A DNA stretch of 64,000 bases from contig JAFSRQ010000079.1 of assembly GCA_017446055.1 (NCBI GenBank), forward strand, positions 13,881 through 77,880. The letters are read 5' to 3'. This document shows positions 47,801-57,058 of the stretch, piece after piece. How positions within the stretch are numbered: the stretch's first letter is position 1; each line of letters opens with the position of its first letter. Below the pieces are notes generated by a model, which saw only the letters and a program-made list of their open reading frames with translations, made no database searches and had not been told where the DNA came from. Origin of the DNA: Synergistaceae bacterium (lineage in GTDB: Bacteria > Synergistota > Synergistia > Synergistales > Aminobacteriaceae). The translations under genes and the position numbers were made by a program.

Positions 47801-47979
47801 GACCTAGTGTTGAGGGCTATAACGTCAACGCTGATGTGCCGGGAAAAAGCATTAACCGCTACAACAGGTAGCCGCGAGCCGTCAATTGTCGTTACTCGTT
47901 CGGGGCTGACTGTTACAGTAGCAAACACGAACACGCACGGTGTCAGTAACAGTAGCAGGAGCATCAACGCCTTCTTCAT
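47797..47979 (-). pseudogene. tandem remnant of the pbpC 5' end (60-aa leftover ORF with signal peptide)
   Basis: MKKALMLLLLLLTPCVFVFATVTVSPERVTTIDGS matches the PBP N-terminus, followed by an internal deletion. ATGA overlaps at both ends (47976-47979 and 47797-47800). Confidence 0.8.
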
Positions 47980-49598
47980 GCCTTCTTGTTGAGCGCGAGA
48001 ATGTCCAGAGTGTACCCGGCTATGTTGTTGCTGTGGTCGCCAATACGCTCAAGGTTCGACAACAGGGTGATGAAGTTCACGCCTTTTTCCGGGTCGCACT
48101 CGCCGCGGTTCAGTCGGTCAATATGCTTCTTGCGGTACGTCTTCTCCTGGCCGTCAATCTTCTTCTCGATGTCGCTGATTACCTCCCAGGCTTCTTCGCT
48201 GTCTTCATGCTGTATTGATGACAGGGACAAGTCTATTGCACGGCAGGTCGTCTCGTACATGTCGCGGAACTCTTCAACGGCCTCATCACTCAGGTAATGG
48301 TTCATGACATCGGCGCGTTCGATGAGGTTTTCTGCACGGTCGCCAATCCTTTCGAGGTCAAGCGAGGCGTTCACGTAACAGCCTAATACGGTTGACACTT
48401 CATCACTCACCCCCCGCTGCCATATCTCAGACGAATATTCAGAGATTGCCCGTGTGATTTTGTTGACCGAGTCCTCTAGGCTGTCGAACTTCTTGCGCCT
48501 GTCCTCCATCTTTCCCGCGTCAAACTCGAAGAACGTCGTCCGTATCAGCTCGAACATCCTCTGTACTATATTGCCCATGTGAAGAAGCTCATCCTTGACC
48601 GCCTCGACTGCGCTGGCTGAGGATATGGTGATCAGGTTCTTGTCCAGGTACATGACATCTTCGGGCTTGTCTTCAGGGCGTAAGGGAATGATTGTTGATA
48701 TGAGCTTGGCCAGCAGGGAAATGAACGGGAAGAATATTATCGTGTTCAGGAGGTTGAATATTGTGTGGGCGTTGGCTATCTGCCGTCCTATGTCGGGGCT
48801 TGTGGCTGTTACTATCTCACGGTAGACAGGTAATATCGTCAGGAATATCACCGTACCAATCAGGTTGAACAGAACGTGCCCTAACGCCGCCTGTTTTGCC
48901 GGGCGTGAGGCGTTGAGCGAGGCTACTATTGCCGTAAGTGTCGTGCCGATGTTGTCGCCCAGTATTATCGGTATCGCCGCGTCAAGTGTGATTAGTCCCT
49001 GTGAGGCCACCGCTATTGTGAGACCGATTGTAGCCGCTGACGACTGAATGAGCGCAGTGAGTATCATTCCCGCTAACACTCCGCTTACGGGATTACGGCT
49101 GAGTACGAGCAGCAATTCCCGGTGCTGTGAAATGATGTGCGAGGCTGTCTTCATCGTCTGCATTCCCATGAAGACGAGTCCCAGCCCTATGAGTCCGCTT
49201 GCGAGGTAGCCCATCTGTTTCCGGCTGAACAGCATAGACATGAACACACCGAACGCCAGAAGAGGAAGCGCGAGTGCGTCAATGTTGAACGCGATTAACT
49301 GAGCCGTAACAGTCGTGCCTATGTTCGCTCCCATAATGAGACCTAACGCCTGCTTCAGCGACAACAGCCCGGTGTTCACGAATGAGACCGTCATAACCGT
49401 AGTCCCGGCCGATGACTGTATCAGTACTGTTACGATTATTCCGACAAGGATGCCGCGCAGGGGCGTTTTCGTGAGAGTGCCTAACAGATGACGGAGCTGA
49501 TTTCCCGCGAGAGACTGAAGGGCTGACGACAATAATTTGATGCCGTAAAGGAAGAGGGCGACTCCTCCGGCAATGGTGAAGAAGGTCTTAATGTCCAC
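47976..49598 (-). CDS. Na/Pi cotransporter family protein with PhoU-like C-terminal domain
   Basis: Two Na_Pi_cotrans repeats (QSSAGTTV / QSSAATIG) and PhoU-like helices. The start is set at GTG 49598 behind AAGGAGGA (the track ORF extends to 49703). Confidence 0.85.
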   Translation of the reverse strand: MDIKTFFTIAGGVALFLYGIKLLSSALQSLAGNQLRHLLGTLTKTPLRGILVGIIVTVLIQSSAGTTVMTVSFVNTGLLSLKQALGLIMGANIGTTVTAQLIAFNIDALALPLLAFGVFMSMLFSRKQMGYLASGLIGLGLVFMGMQTMKTASHIISQHRELLLVLSRNPVSGVLAGMILTALIQSSAATIGLTIAVASQGLITLDAAIPIILGDNIGTTLTAIVASLNASRPAKQAALGHVLFNLIGTVIFLTILPVYREIVTATSPDIGRQIANAHTIFNLLNTIIFFPFISLLAKLISTIIPLRPEDKPEDVMYLDKNLITISSASAVEAVKDELLHMGNIVQRMFELIRTTFFEFDAGKMEDRRKKFDSLEDSVNKITRAISEYSSEIWQRGVSDEVSTVLGCYVNASLDLERIGDRAENLIERADVMNHYLSDEAVEEFRDMYETTCRAIDLSLSSIQHEDSEEAWEVISDIEKKIDGQEKTYRKKHIDRLNRGECDPEKGVNFITLLSNLERIGDHSNNIAGYTLDILALNKKA

Positions 49599-49659
49599 GC
49601 AAAAATCCTCCTTGGTGTATTTGGGATAGTTTATTGGACAGAGTATAACAGAAAATCGA

Positions 49660-49688
49660 TTGACAGCCGATAAACATTCAAGTACCAT
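49660..49688 (+). promoter_or_regulatory. candidate sigma70-type promoter for the giant surface-protein gene
   Basis: TTGACA (49660-49665), 17-nt spacer, TACCAT (49683-49688), located 45 nt upstream of ATG 49733. Confidence 0.4.
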
Positions 49689-49732
49689 GCAGATTATCCG
49701 CAAAAATTTATCGGAAGGAGAAGGATTTTGTC

Positions 49733-52700
49733 ATGCGCAAAATATTCGTGTGTGTGATGGCGGCCATGATGGTTTTCACGGCAGCTGTCACTCATGCCGC
49801 GGAAGTCCCTGCAAACCCCTTCAGCGGTTTCGGGCTTTACACCAGCTACGTAACAAGCGGAAGTGTGAAGCTCAACGCTGTAGGACTGCCGGATTATTCC
49901 GAGGTTAAGTCGTTCAGGGGCGACGGTGTAACACTGGGAGGAACTCTCAAGCCCGGTGCTGACACGTCATCATTGCCAGTGGGAACAGTAACGATACTCA
50001 GCGGGGACAACGCCGGGAAACGTTACAGGTTCACGCCCGGAGGAAGCTCGCGAGGCTCATCGTTCGTGGGCTACAATGCGGATTACTCGTACTATGACTC
50101 CTACGGCAACTATCACAGCGGTGAACTTCCAGCAGGCAGCAGGGTTATGTGGAATCTCTACACCTCGCCTGATGTTGTGGCGGGGGCGGCTGACATCAAG
50201 AGTGCTTCAGACATTGACCCGGTCAGTATAGGCAGGAATGATATTGTCCCGTTCGTCAAGTCAACTCAGACAAGCAGCTATACTTACCGCTATGATGTCT
50301 ACTTCGTGAAGTCGGGCGATTGGGGGGTGCCTGTAGCTGTCGATTATGACTCGGTGGCCGTCAACGGATATGTTGTGCCAGATTTCAGCAACCCCTATCC
50401 GGTCAGGCATACTATCGGCAGGAGTTATTACTACGACACTACTATTGCTGTAACATGCACCAAAGGCAGAGCCAGTTACACGTGGAACTTTGAGCTGACA
50501 TCAAGCCTTATCGAATGGGGGAAATTATCGCTTGACCTTCAGCCCTTCACACTTAAGGCTGGTGAGTCCCAGACCGTAACCGTAAAGCTGCCTTCCCGCT
50601 ATGACCTGAGAGAGGCTTACGCAAGCGCAGACATTACAGATCGGTATCTTGAAGTTGGCGATGCGTCAGTCCTTGAGGCCGGGAATATCACCTTCACACA
50701 GGGTGCAGGCTGGCACGGTGATAATGAGGAGAAATCTACGCTTGAGTTCGTGCTTACGGGGCTTGAGCCGGGACGTTCTGCTCTTGGGATATATATTCCT
50801 CGCATAGGGACATATTACCGTGAGATTCATGTTACGGATGAGAACGGAAGCATGAACATCGCCGGGGGGACAACGAGCCTTTACCCCATCATCACACATA
50901 CAACCCGCGCACGCTACGTTGAAGGCCGTCCATATTACCCGTCAGCAGAAGATTACGAGGCAAGGCTTACGGGGTTTGGCGGGTTCACGGGTGCTACTCT
51001 TGCGGTCAGCACATCGACTAGTTCAAGCGGGGATGTCAAAGAGTACTCATACTACACCGGGCCTCATGGCTATTTGGGGACTGTCAGAGATTCGCGCCGC
51101 ACTATCTCAGAGCTTACTGTTGACGGCGAGACGGGCAAATCCTACAACGTATCATCCTACTCAGGTGTACGCTACACTACCCTCAGCACAGACAGCTATT
51201 ACAACTCAGAATATCCCGGCGACATCTCATTTTCCCTTGATGCATCTGAAGACATAGAGATATGGCTGGAATTTCCCGCCAGCTACGATATGAACCTGTC
51301 ATCAGCAAAACTCTCATCACTGGTCTCACTCGACAAAATCAGGTCAACCTCCGTACAGCTTGAAGACTTTGCGCCATACTTCCAGCTTCATCATGCCTCC
51401 AATGACCTAGATGTGATAACTTCTGTTGACTGGTCATTCGTCAAGCCTGCCACTATGGAGAAAGTTACCCCTTCCGGCCTCACAGACATAACCATAGGCG
51501 GCCATACCGTAACAGGCACAAGCGGTACAGTTGCGGCTGACGGATATTTTTACCCCCGCATCAGCTACACCTACAACGGAACGGTCTACGAGTGGGAGTT
51601 CTCGCGAATGAACTCGACCAACTACACCACCTCCGCAGTTCTTGTAGGGACGGGTAAAACTGTGAGTGTTGACCTGCCTATAACGATAGACAGCGGGCAG
51701 ATATACATTTTCGACAGCGATATACTCAGTGCAGACCCGACAGCATTCACGTCCGCCGACTTCCAGTCCCGCACGGATGAAGCAGTAACAACTGTAATCC
51801 TTTCACAGCCAGTAATAAACACTAGTGCGCAAAAGTCAGCAGTAATTCATACGTTCAGCCAGGCACAGCAGACGGTAACAGGAGCATTAACCAGTGAGGC
51901 ATTGCAGGCGGTTGACGGCTACACTCCTGCACTTGCGGCGGTGTGGTCAGCAAAGGCATCACAGGTTGACGAGGCAATAACATCTGCATTAACCGGGATA
52001 GCATTCAATGCCGCGGCAAGGTCTCAATTCTTCCCTAGACTTGATACGGCAGGTGTCATATTCCCGCGCGACAACTCAACGCTGAAGTCCGGCACATCAT
52101 CGGTATCATCAGGAGCGTCAACAGCGGAGAAATTAGCGGCGGCGACCTCCCAGCTCAACGGAATGGGACAGGCATTATCGGCAACGGAAGCTGTAGTACC
52201 TGCTGAATATGGACTGTATGTTTTCCCGATGACATTCGGCAGTGAGCTTTACGGTGTCAGGATTGCGGGTGCAATAGGCAACAGGTCAGACAAGAGCAAT
52301 AATTTTGCTGACGGGACAAGTATAGCCTTCGTGAACAGTTCGGGGGATATTATTGACACAATCCCTGATGCATCACTCTCACAGGACATCATGCCCGGAT
52401 TTGTCGGTGTACTCACTGTGCTTGAGGCTGGGAAAACATATGAGCCTACGGTATACGCCGCCAACGACAGCCTTGCTGCAGCAGGAATTACCTTAACGGA
52501 GGCTGTTACGGCGGAAGTGAACCTGATAGAAACTCTTACGTCTGACAGCACGGTATCATTCCGTGTGAAGGGCATCAAGGACGGCCTGAGCAGCCTCAGC
52601 CTAATTCACCCGTACAGTGAGAGTTCAAGCCCCTACTACAGGTACAGCGCGTACAGGTGGAATGTTACTGTCGGTGAAGTCTCAGAGGACATCACCCCGG

Positions 52701-55700
52701 CGACTGCTACAGCGACATTCTCCATGAATGCGAACTATGCTCCGATGATTGAGGGCAGACCGTATTACGGAGGAAGCAGTGTATCATTCCCGGACTATGT
52801 ATCTATACGTCTTGATACTGGCCTTGAGCTTTCAGAAAGTGAATACGAGGCTAAACGCGATGACCTTACGGGGATAATGTATGTCTCCGGCGATAAAGAT
52901 ACGCAGGTAACACTGTATCCGTATGCCAATTACTCACGTTATGACAACGGCACATACTACAGGACGGTGTACTATGATGTCAGCTCCACCTACTTCACAT
53001 CAGGGAAAACGGTAAGGTGGGAATTTTCTTCCGGCCTCATAAAGAGTGGCAGCGCAACAATTCCCACGTTCGACAGCAGGAAAGCCGCTGACACTATACC
53101 CAGTCTCACACTTAACCGGGACGGCATCAACGCAGAGACCCTCGAATGGTCGTTCACAGACTCAAAGGATAACCCTGTAACAGCACCGTCAAATGTTAGA
53201 GTGTGGGTCAACAACTACCAGCGCGAGATTTCCAGCGACAAAGGCACGGGCAATATCAGCGTCAATCTCCCGGAAGCCTTCATCAACAACATTGATATCA
53301 GCTACGAGCAGGACGGCCTCACCTACACGTGGAACTTCAGACCCGTTGACAGCCCTTCATATAGCTGGAACGGAGACATTTTCACGTGGAACGCCGCGAG
53401 CAATGACCTTCCTCTGGCCATGAAGAAGGGTGAGACTCGTGAAGTCCTCCTCAGTGTCAGTGATGATTACGGCAACATCACTCCGTTAATCGGCAACCCC
53501 GGCATAGTCTCAATGTCAGTAGTCTCAAGCACAGACAGCACGGTTACAGTGAGGCTAACGGCAAAAGAGGCAGGAATGACTACTCTCGGCATGAGATACC
53601 AGCGCAAGGAGACATACACAGTATACCCGACAATCCCGGACAACTCTGGAAGTTACCCGGTCGCGGCAGTATACGGCGGTGATGTTGCTACAGTCTCAAG
53701 CGTCAGCCTCGATGACAGTGATGTGATTGACATCGTGCTTAACCCGGACGGTTCAGCAACAGCAGGAGGCGCGGAAGTTCCGACCTACAATTACGTGTGG
53801 CACGCAGACCCACAGCACCCGGCGGAATACTGGACTGACGGAATGACCGGGACGGAAGAGCTAGACTCAGACGCATACGAGGCGGCAATCACCAGCACCA
53901 ACAACGGACTGTACATAGCCCGCGATATACGCTACACGCCCAACACGCTGGACTTCACCACGTCCCAGACAGCACAGAAGGACGAAGATACAGAGTATGT
54001 TGTGTACTACGACTCATCGTCCCCGGCAGTAGCGGCGGCAATAGCGGCACTTGGTGAGACATACGGCACGGCCTACAGCACGGACAGGTACATATTCGCT
54101 ACCCTGCCCATGAGCAATGGAGGGATGCCCGGAGGCGACTTCCCCGGCGGCAATCCCCAGAGCGGAGATATACCTGACTTCCCCGGCGGAATGCCCAGCA
54201 GCGGAGACATACCCGACTTCCCCGGCGGAATGCCCGGCAGCGGAGACACACCTCCAGATTTCCCCGGCGGCAACATGCCCAGCGGCGATGTACCCGGCAC
54301 ACCCGGAGCTGGTGATACCCGGCTTCCTGTGATGACTACGGCGGCATCTGACAGTGAGAGTATTGCGGCCATGTCGACAATGACGCATTCGGCTGAAGAT
54401 GCCTACAACAACCCTGTGCTCCACATCACAGAGCCCGGCACTTACAGGATTTCGGGTACGTGGCATGGTCAGATATGGGTTGAGACTGGAGCGAAGGCAA
54501 AGCACAAAGTCAACATCATCCTTAACGGCGTTGATGTGTCATGTGATGTAGCTCCTGCTATCGTCTTCTACAAGGTCTACAAGTGGGCGGAAGATAACGG
54601 TTACGATGACCAGTCAACACTAACTGCCAATAACCTGTGGCGGAACATTGGCGGCGAAATGGTCAGTGCGGACGGAAGCTATAACGTTGGCGCGGTCGTT
54701 GAGATTGCTGACGGCACGACTAACACGTTCACGGGGTCTAACGTCTACAGGCTTCTTGAGCTTTGCCCGAAACTTGACGATGACGACAACCCCAAGTACA
54801 CAGGCTCAGGAATTGGTACTGACATCAGCGAGCAGGAGAAGATGTACAAGCTCGATGGTGCGTTCCACTCACGGAGGACTATGGTAATCGGCGGCAATGG
54901 CACGCTCAATATCACGTCAACGACATGCGAGGGCCTCGACAGTGAGATGCATATGCTTGTTGACGGCGGGAACATCTCCGTAACAGCCCCCGATGACGGA
55001 ATCAACGTGAATGAGGACTATGTATCAGTCTTCCAGATGGACAGCGGAACACTCACAGTCTCATCAACAAATGCTGACGGCATAGACTCTAACGGCTGGA
55101 TTGCCTTCAACGGAGGAACGCTCAACATTTCTGCGGGCAATCAGTCTCAGAACTCAGCTGGCGAGGCAGGGCTTGACGCGGAGAATGAGGTCTACATTTA
55201 CGACTCAAGCGCATACAACTGGACATCAGCAGGCGGCAGCTTCCCGTCAACACCAGACGTACCCACGCCTACAAGCCCGGACATTCCCACACCAACGCCA
55301 GAAAGCCCGGACGTACCATCGCCAACACCAACAAGCCCGGACGTACCATCGCCAACACCAACAAGCCCGGACATTCCCACGCCCATTAGCCCGGACGTTC
55401 CTGCAACGCCTGAAACCCGCGTAACATATTACGGGGACTATATAGCATGGCCGCGTGAAATCTGGGTGTCTGAGCTGGATTCGTCAACAGGAAAGTACAG
55501 AGTGCCTCACCTCACGGATGACATTGATGCGCTGATGGACACGCTGAAGCCCGGCGGCTCTGACTGGACGGAATACAGCACTGCTTCAGGCGACAAGTCA
55601 GCAACAGCAAGCGATGAGCCTGAATATGACCAGTCAGCAAAAGATGTAGGCTATCAGGGTCTCTCCGTATATCCTCGTTTCGCCATGCCTCAAGACCCGT

Positions 55701-56965
55701 CAGCAGACGCATACAAAGCAGTGTGGGAGTTCTCGGACGCTATGAATACTCCTTACGGCGTGAGCATGTTCAGCAGTGAGAATATGACGGTTACCGCCTC
55801 GCGTGATGCCGTTGAAGTGTGGCAGGCCATGAAGGATGAGCTACTGAGCAAGGATATTCCCCAGCTTGTCGCAATAGTCCTTCCTGAGATGGATATTGAG
55901 GATGATGGCTTCTACGTGTTCAGGCTTCCGGCGGACAACATAACGGGCAGCAATCAGGCTGTATTCTGGAGGGCGGAACGTTCCGGCGATGTCGACTACG
56001 AACGCTACGAGTACTACTACGGCCTGACTTCGGCGGATCTGGACACGATGATATTCCTTGACGACGGCGGGAATTTGACGGGGGCAGTTTCGGGTGATGA
56101 CTACATCAACGTTGCGGCATACTTCACGAGCGGCGTATACCGTCCTGTGATAACTGCTGCGGCGACCTCGCGCGACTTGGAGATACTCAGCGGCATTCCT
56201 TCACCCATAAGCCCAGATACCAGACCCATAAGCCCGGACATTATCCCGACAAGCCCGGACACCAGGCCAGTTAGCCCGGACATCAGACCCACCAGCCCGG
56301 ATACCAGGCCGACTAGCCCCGACATTAACCCGACTAGCCCGGATGTCAGACCGACAAGCCCGGACGTTACCCCGACTAGCCCGGACGTTGCGCCAGTCTC
56401 AGCAAGAACGACAAGGCCGAGCATCAACGTTCAGGAGACAGCCTCAGCACTGCGCACTATTCTGGGACGTTCGGACGCTGCTGTTACTGAGCTTCCGGCA
56501 ACATCAACAGGCACGGCACGCACGGTTTCAGACCTCTCAGCCAATCAGCTCACGGCAATATCAGCGCAGGGACGTGAAGCGGCGGCGGTGCTTCCTGAGA
56601 TTACGGTTGAGACGGCGGCGATATACGTATTCGGTGTGAGCCTCGACAACCTCGCTCCGGGGGCGGCAATATTCCTCGACATGACCACAACGCCGATCAA
56701 TGCGGGAAGCCTTGAAGCCTCAGAGAATTACACGGGGGATTACACGTTCCTTGACGACAGCGGCAATGAGGTCTACACGGTCCCGGCAAACCGTCATGTG
56801 AATGTTGCGGCATACCTTGAGCCTGATTATGTCTATTCACCCGTCATCACCACCAGCAGCAGCGGCACTCCGTCTGTAGTCGGCTCATCAAGCGGAGGAT
56901 GCAGTTCGGTGTACGGCGGTCTTCTTCTTGCGGGACTTGCCTTAGTCATTCGCAGGAAACGCTAG
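49733..56965 (+). CDS. 2410-aa secreted, repeat-rich surface protein with Cthe_2159-like beta-helix domain and Synerg-CTERM-like sorting tail
   Basis: Signal peptide MRKIFVCVMAAMMVFTAAVTHAA. The segment EPGTYRISGTWHGQIWVE..VNIILNGVDVSCDVAPAIVF...DGINVNED..ADGIDSNGWIAFNGGTLNISAG resembles the Cthe_2159 carbohydrate-binding family. The C-terminus is SSSGGCSSVYGGLLLAGLALVIRRKR. Confidence 0.85.
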   Translation: MRKIFVCVMAAMMVFTAAVTHAAEVPANPFSGFGLYTSYVTSGSVKLNAVGLPDYSEVKSFRGDGVTLGGTLKPGADTSSLPVGTVTILSGDNAGKRYRFTPGGSSRGSSFVGYNADYSYYDSYGNYHSGELPAGSRVMWNLYTSPDVVAGAADIKSASDIDPVSIGRNDIVPFVKSTQTSSYTYRYDVYFVKSGDWGVPVAVDYDSVAVNGYVVPDFSNPYPVRHTIGRSYYYDTTIAVTCTKGRASYTWNFELTSSLIEWGKLSLDLQPFTLKAGESQTVTVKLPSRYDLREAYASADITDRYLEVGDASVLEAGNITFTQGAGWHGDNEEKSTLEFVLTGLEPGRSALGIYIPRIGTYYREIHVTDENGSMNIAGGTTSLYPIITHTTRARYVEGRPYYPSAEDYEARLTGFGGFTGATLAVSTSTSSSGDVKEYSYYTGPHGYLGTVRDSRRTISELTVDGETGKSYNVSSYSGVRYTTLSTDSYYNSEYPGDISFSLDASEDIEIWLEFPASYDMNLSSAKLSSLVSLDKIRSTSVQLEDFAPYFQLHHASNDLDVITSVDWSFVKPATMEKVTPSGLTDITIGGHTVTGTSGTVAADGYFYPRISYTYNGTVYEWEFSRMNSTNYTTSAVLVGTGKTVSVDLPITIDSGQIYIFDSDILSADPTAFTSADFQSRTDEAVTTVILSQPVINTSAQKSAVIHTFSQAQQTVTGALTSEALQAVDGYTPALAAVWSAKASQVDEAITSALTGIAFNAAARSQFFPRLDTAGVIFPRDNSTLKSGTSSVSSGASTAEKLAAATSQLNGMGQALSATEAVVPAEYGLYVFPMTFGSELYGVRIAGAIGNRSDKSNNFADGTSIAFVNSSGDIIDTIPDASLSQDIMPGFVGVLTVLEAGKTYEPTVYAANDSLAAAGITLTEAVTAEVNLIETLTSDSTVSFRVKGIKDGLSSLSLIHPYSESSSPYYRYSAYRWNVTVGEVSEDITPATATATFSMNANYAPMIEGRPYYGGSSVSFPDYVSIRLDTGLELSESEYEAKRDDLTGIMYVSGDKDTQVTLYPYANYSRYDNGTYYRTVYYDVSSTYFTSGKTVRWEFSSGLIKSGSATIPTFDSRKAADTIPSLTLNRDGINAETLEWSFTDSKDNPVTAPSNVRVWVNNYQREISSDKGTGNISVNLPEAFINNIDISYEQDGLTYTWNFRPVDSPSYSWNGDIFTWNAASNDLPLAMKKGETREVLLSVSDDYGNITPLIGNPGIVSMSVVSSTDSTVTVRLTAKEAGMTTLGMRYQRKETYTVYPTIPDNSGSYPVAAVYGGDVATVSSVSLDDSDVIDIVLNPDGSATAGGAEVPTYNYVWHADPQHPAEYWTDGMTGTEELDSDAYEAAITSTNNGLYIARDIRYTPNTLDFTTSQTAQKDEDTEYVVYYDSSSPAVAAAIAALGETYGTAYSTDRYIFATLPMSNGGMPGGDFPGGNPQSGDIPDFPGGMPSSGDIPDFPGGMPGSGDTPPDFPGGNMPSGDVPGTPGAGDTRLPVMTTAASDSESIAAMSTMTHSAEDAYNNPVLHITEPGTYRISGTWHGQIWVETGAKAKHKVNIILNGVDVSCDVAPAIVFYKVYKWAEDNGYDDQSTLTANNLWRNIGGEMVSADGSYNVGAVVEIADGTTNTFTGSNVYRLLELCPKLDDDDNPKYTGSGIGTDISEQEKMYKLDGAFHSRRTMVIGGNGTLNITSTTCEGLDSEMHMLVDGGNISVTAPDDGINVNEDYVSVFQMDSGTLTVSSTNADGIDSNGWIAFNGGTLNISAGNQSQNSAGEAGLDAENEVYIYDSSAYNWTSAGGSFPSTPDVPTPTSPDIPTPTPESPDVPSPTPTSPDVPSPTPTSPDIPTPISPDVPATPETRVTYYGDYIAWPREIWVSELDSSTGKYRVPHLTDDIDALMDTLKPGGSDWTEYSTASGDKSATASDEPEYDQSAKDVGYQGLSVYPRFAMPQDPSADAYKAVWEFSDAMNTPYGVSMFSSENMTVTASRDAVEVWQAMKDELLSKDIPQLVAIVLPEMDIEDDGFYVFRLPADNITGSNQAVFWRAERSGDVDYERYEYYYGLTSADLDTMIFLDDGGNLTGAVSGDDYINVAAYFTSGVYRPVITAAATSRDLEILSGIPSPISPDTRPISPDIIPTSPDTRPVSPDIRPTSPDTRPTSPDINPTSPDVRPTSPDVTPTSPDVAPVSARTTRPSINVQETASALRTILGRSDAAVTELPATSTGTARTVSDLSANQLTAISAQGREAAAVLPEITVETAAIYVFGVSLDNLAPGAAIFLDMTTTPINAGSLEASENYTGDYTFLDDSGNEVYTVPANRHVNVAAYLEPDYVYSPVITTSSSGTPSVVGSSSGGCSSVYGGLLLAGLALVIRRKR
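54118..54320. repeat. in-frame Pro/Gly-rich repeats (DFPGG[MN]P.SGD[IV]P)
   Basis: About 4.5 units of ~42 nt, read directly. Confidence 0.8.
55251..55412. repeat. in-frame SPD[IV]P[TS]PTP repeats, including two perfect 30-nt copies
   Basis: agcccggacgtaccatcgccaacaccaaca occurs at 55304 and 55334. Confidence 0.85.
56203..56400. repeat. in-frame 21-nt repeat (~9.5 copies) encoding [TI]SPDxxP heptads
   Basis: ISPDTRPISPDIIPTSPDTRPVSPDIRPTSPDTRPTSPDINPTSPDVRPTSPDVTPTSPDVAP. Confidence 0.85.
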
Positions 56966-56978
56966 CAGTGATTCACAG

Positions 56979-57010
56979 GCTCCGTTCTATCACAGGACGG
57001 GGCTTTTTTT
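56979..57010 (+). terminator. intrinsic terminator after the giant gene
   Basis: Stem gctccgt/acggggc (one G-U pair), 11-nt loop, then TTTTTTT (57004-57010). Confidence 0.7.
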
Positions 57011-57058
57011 GTGTGCTATCATTATTCACAAAATCACACGAAAGGATTTAACTCTACA

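Noticed and set aside
49599-49732. Replication origin at the strand-orientation switch (mostly minus-strand genes to the left, plus-strand genes to the right).
   Set aside because: The spacer is only 134 nt and looks like an ordinary divergent promoter region. A plus-strand block at 32.5-42.2 kb already breaks the orientation pattern.
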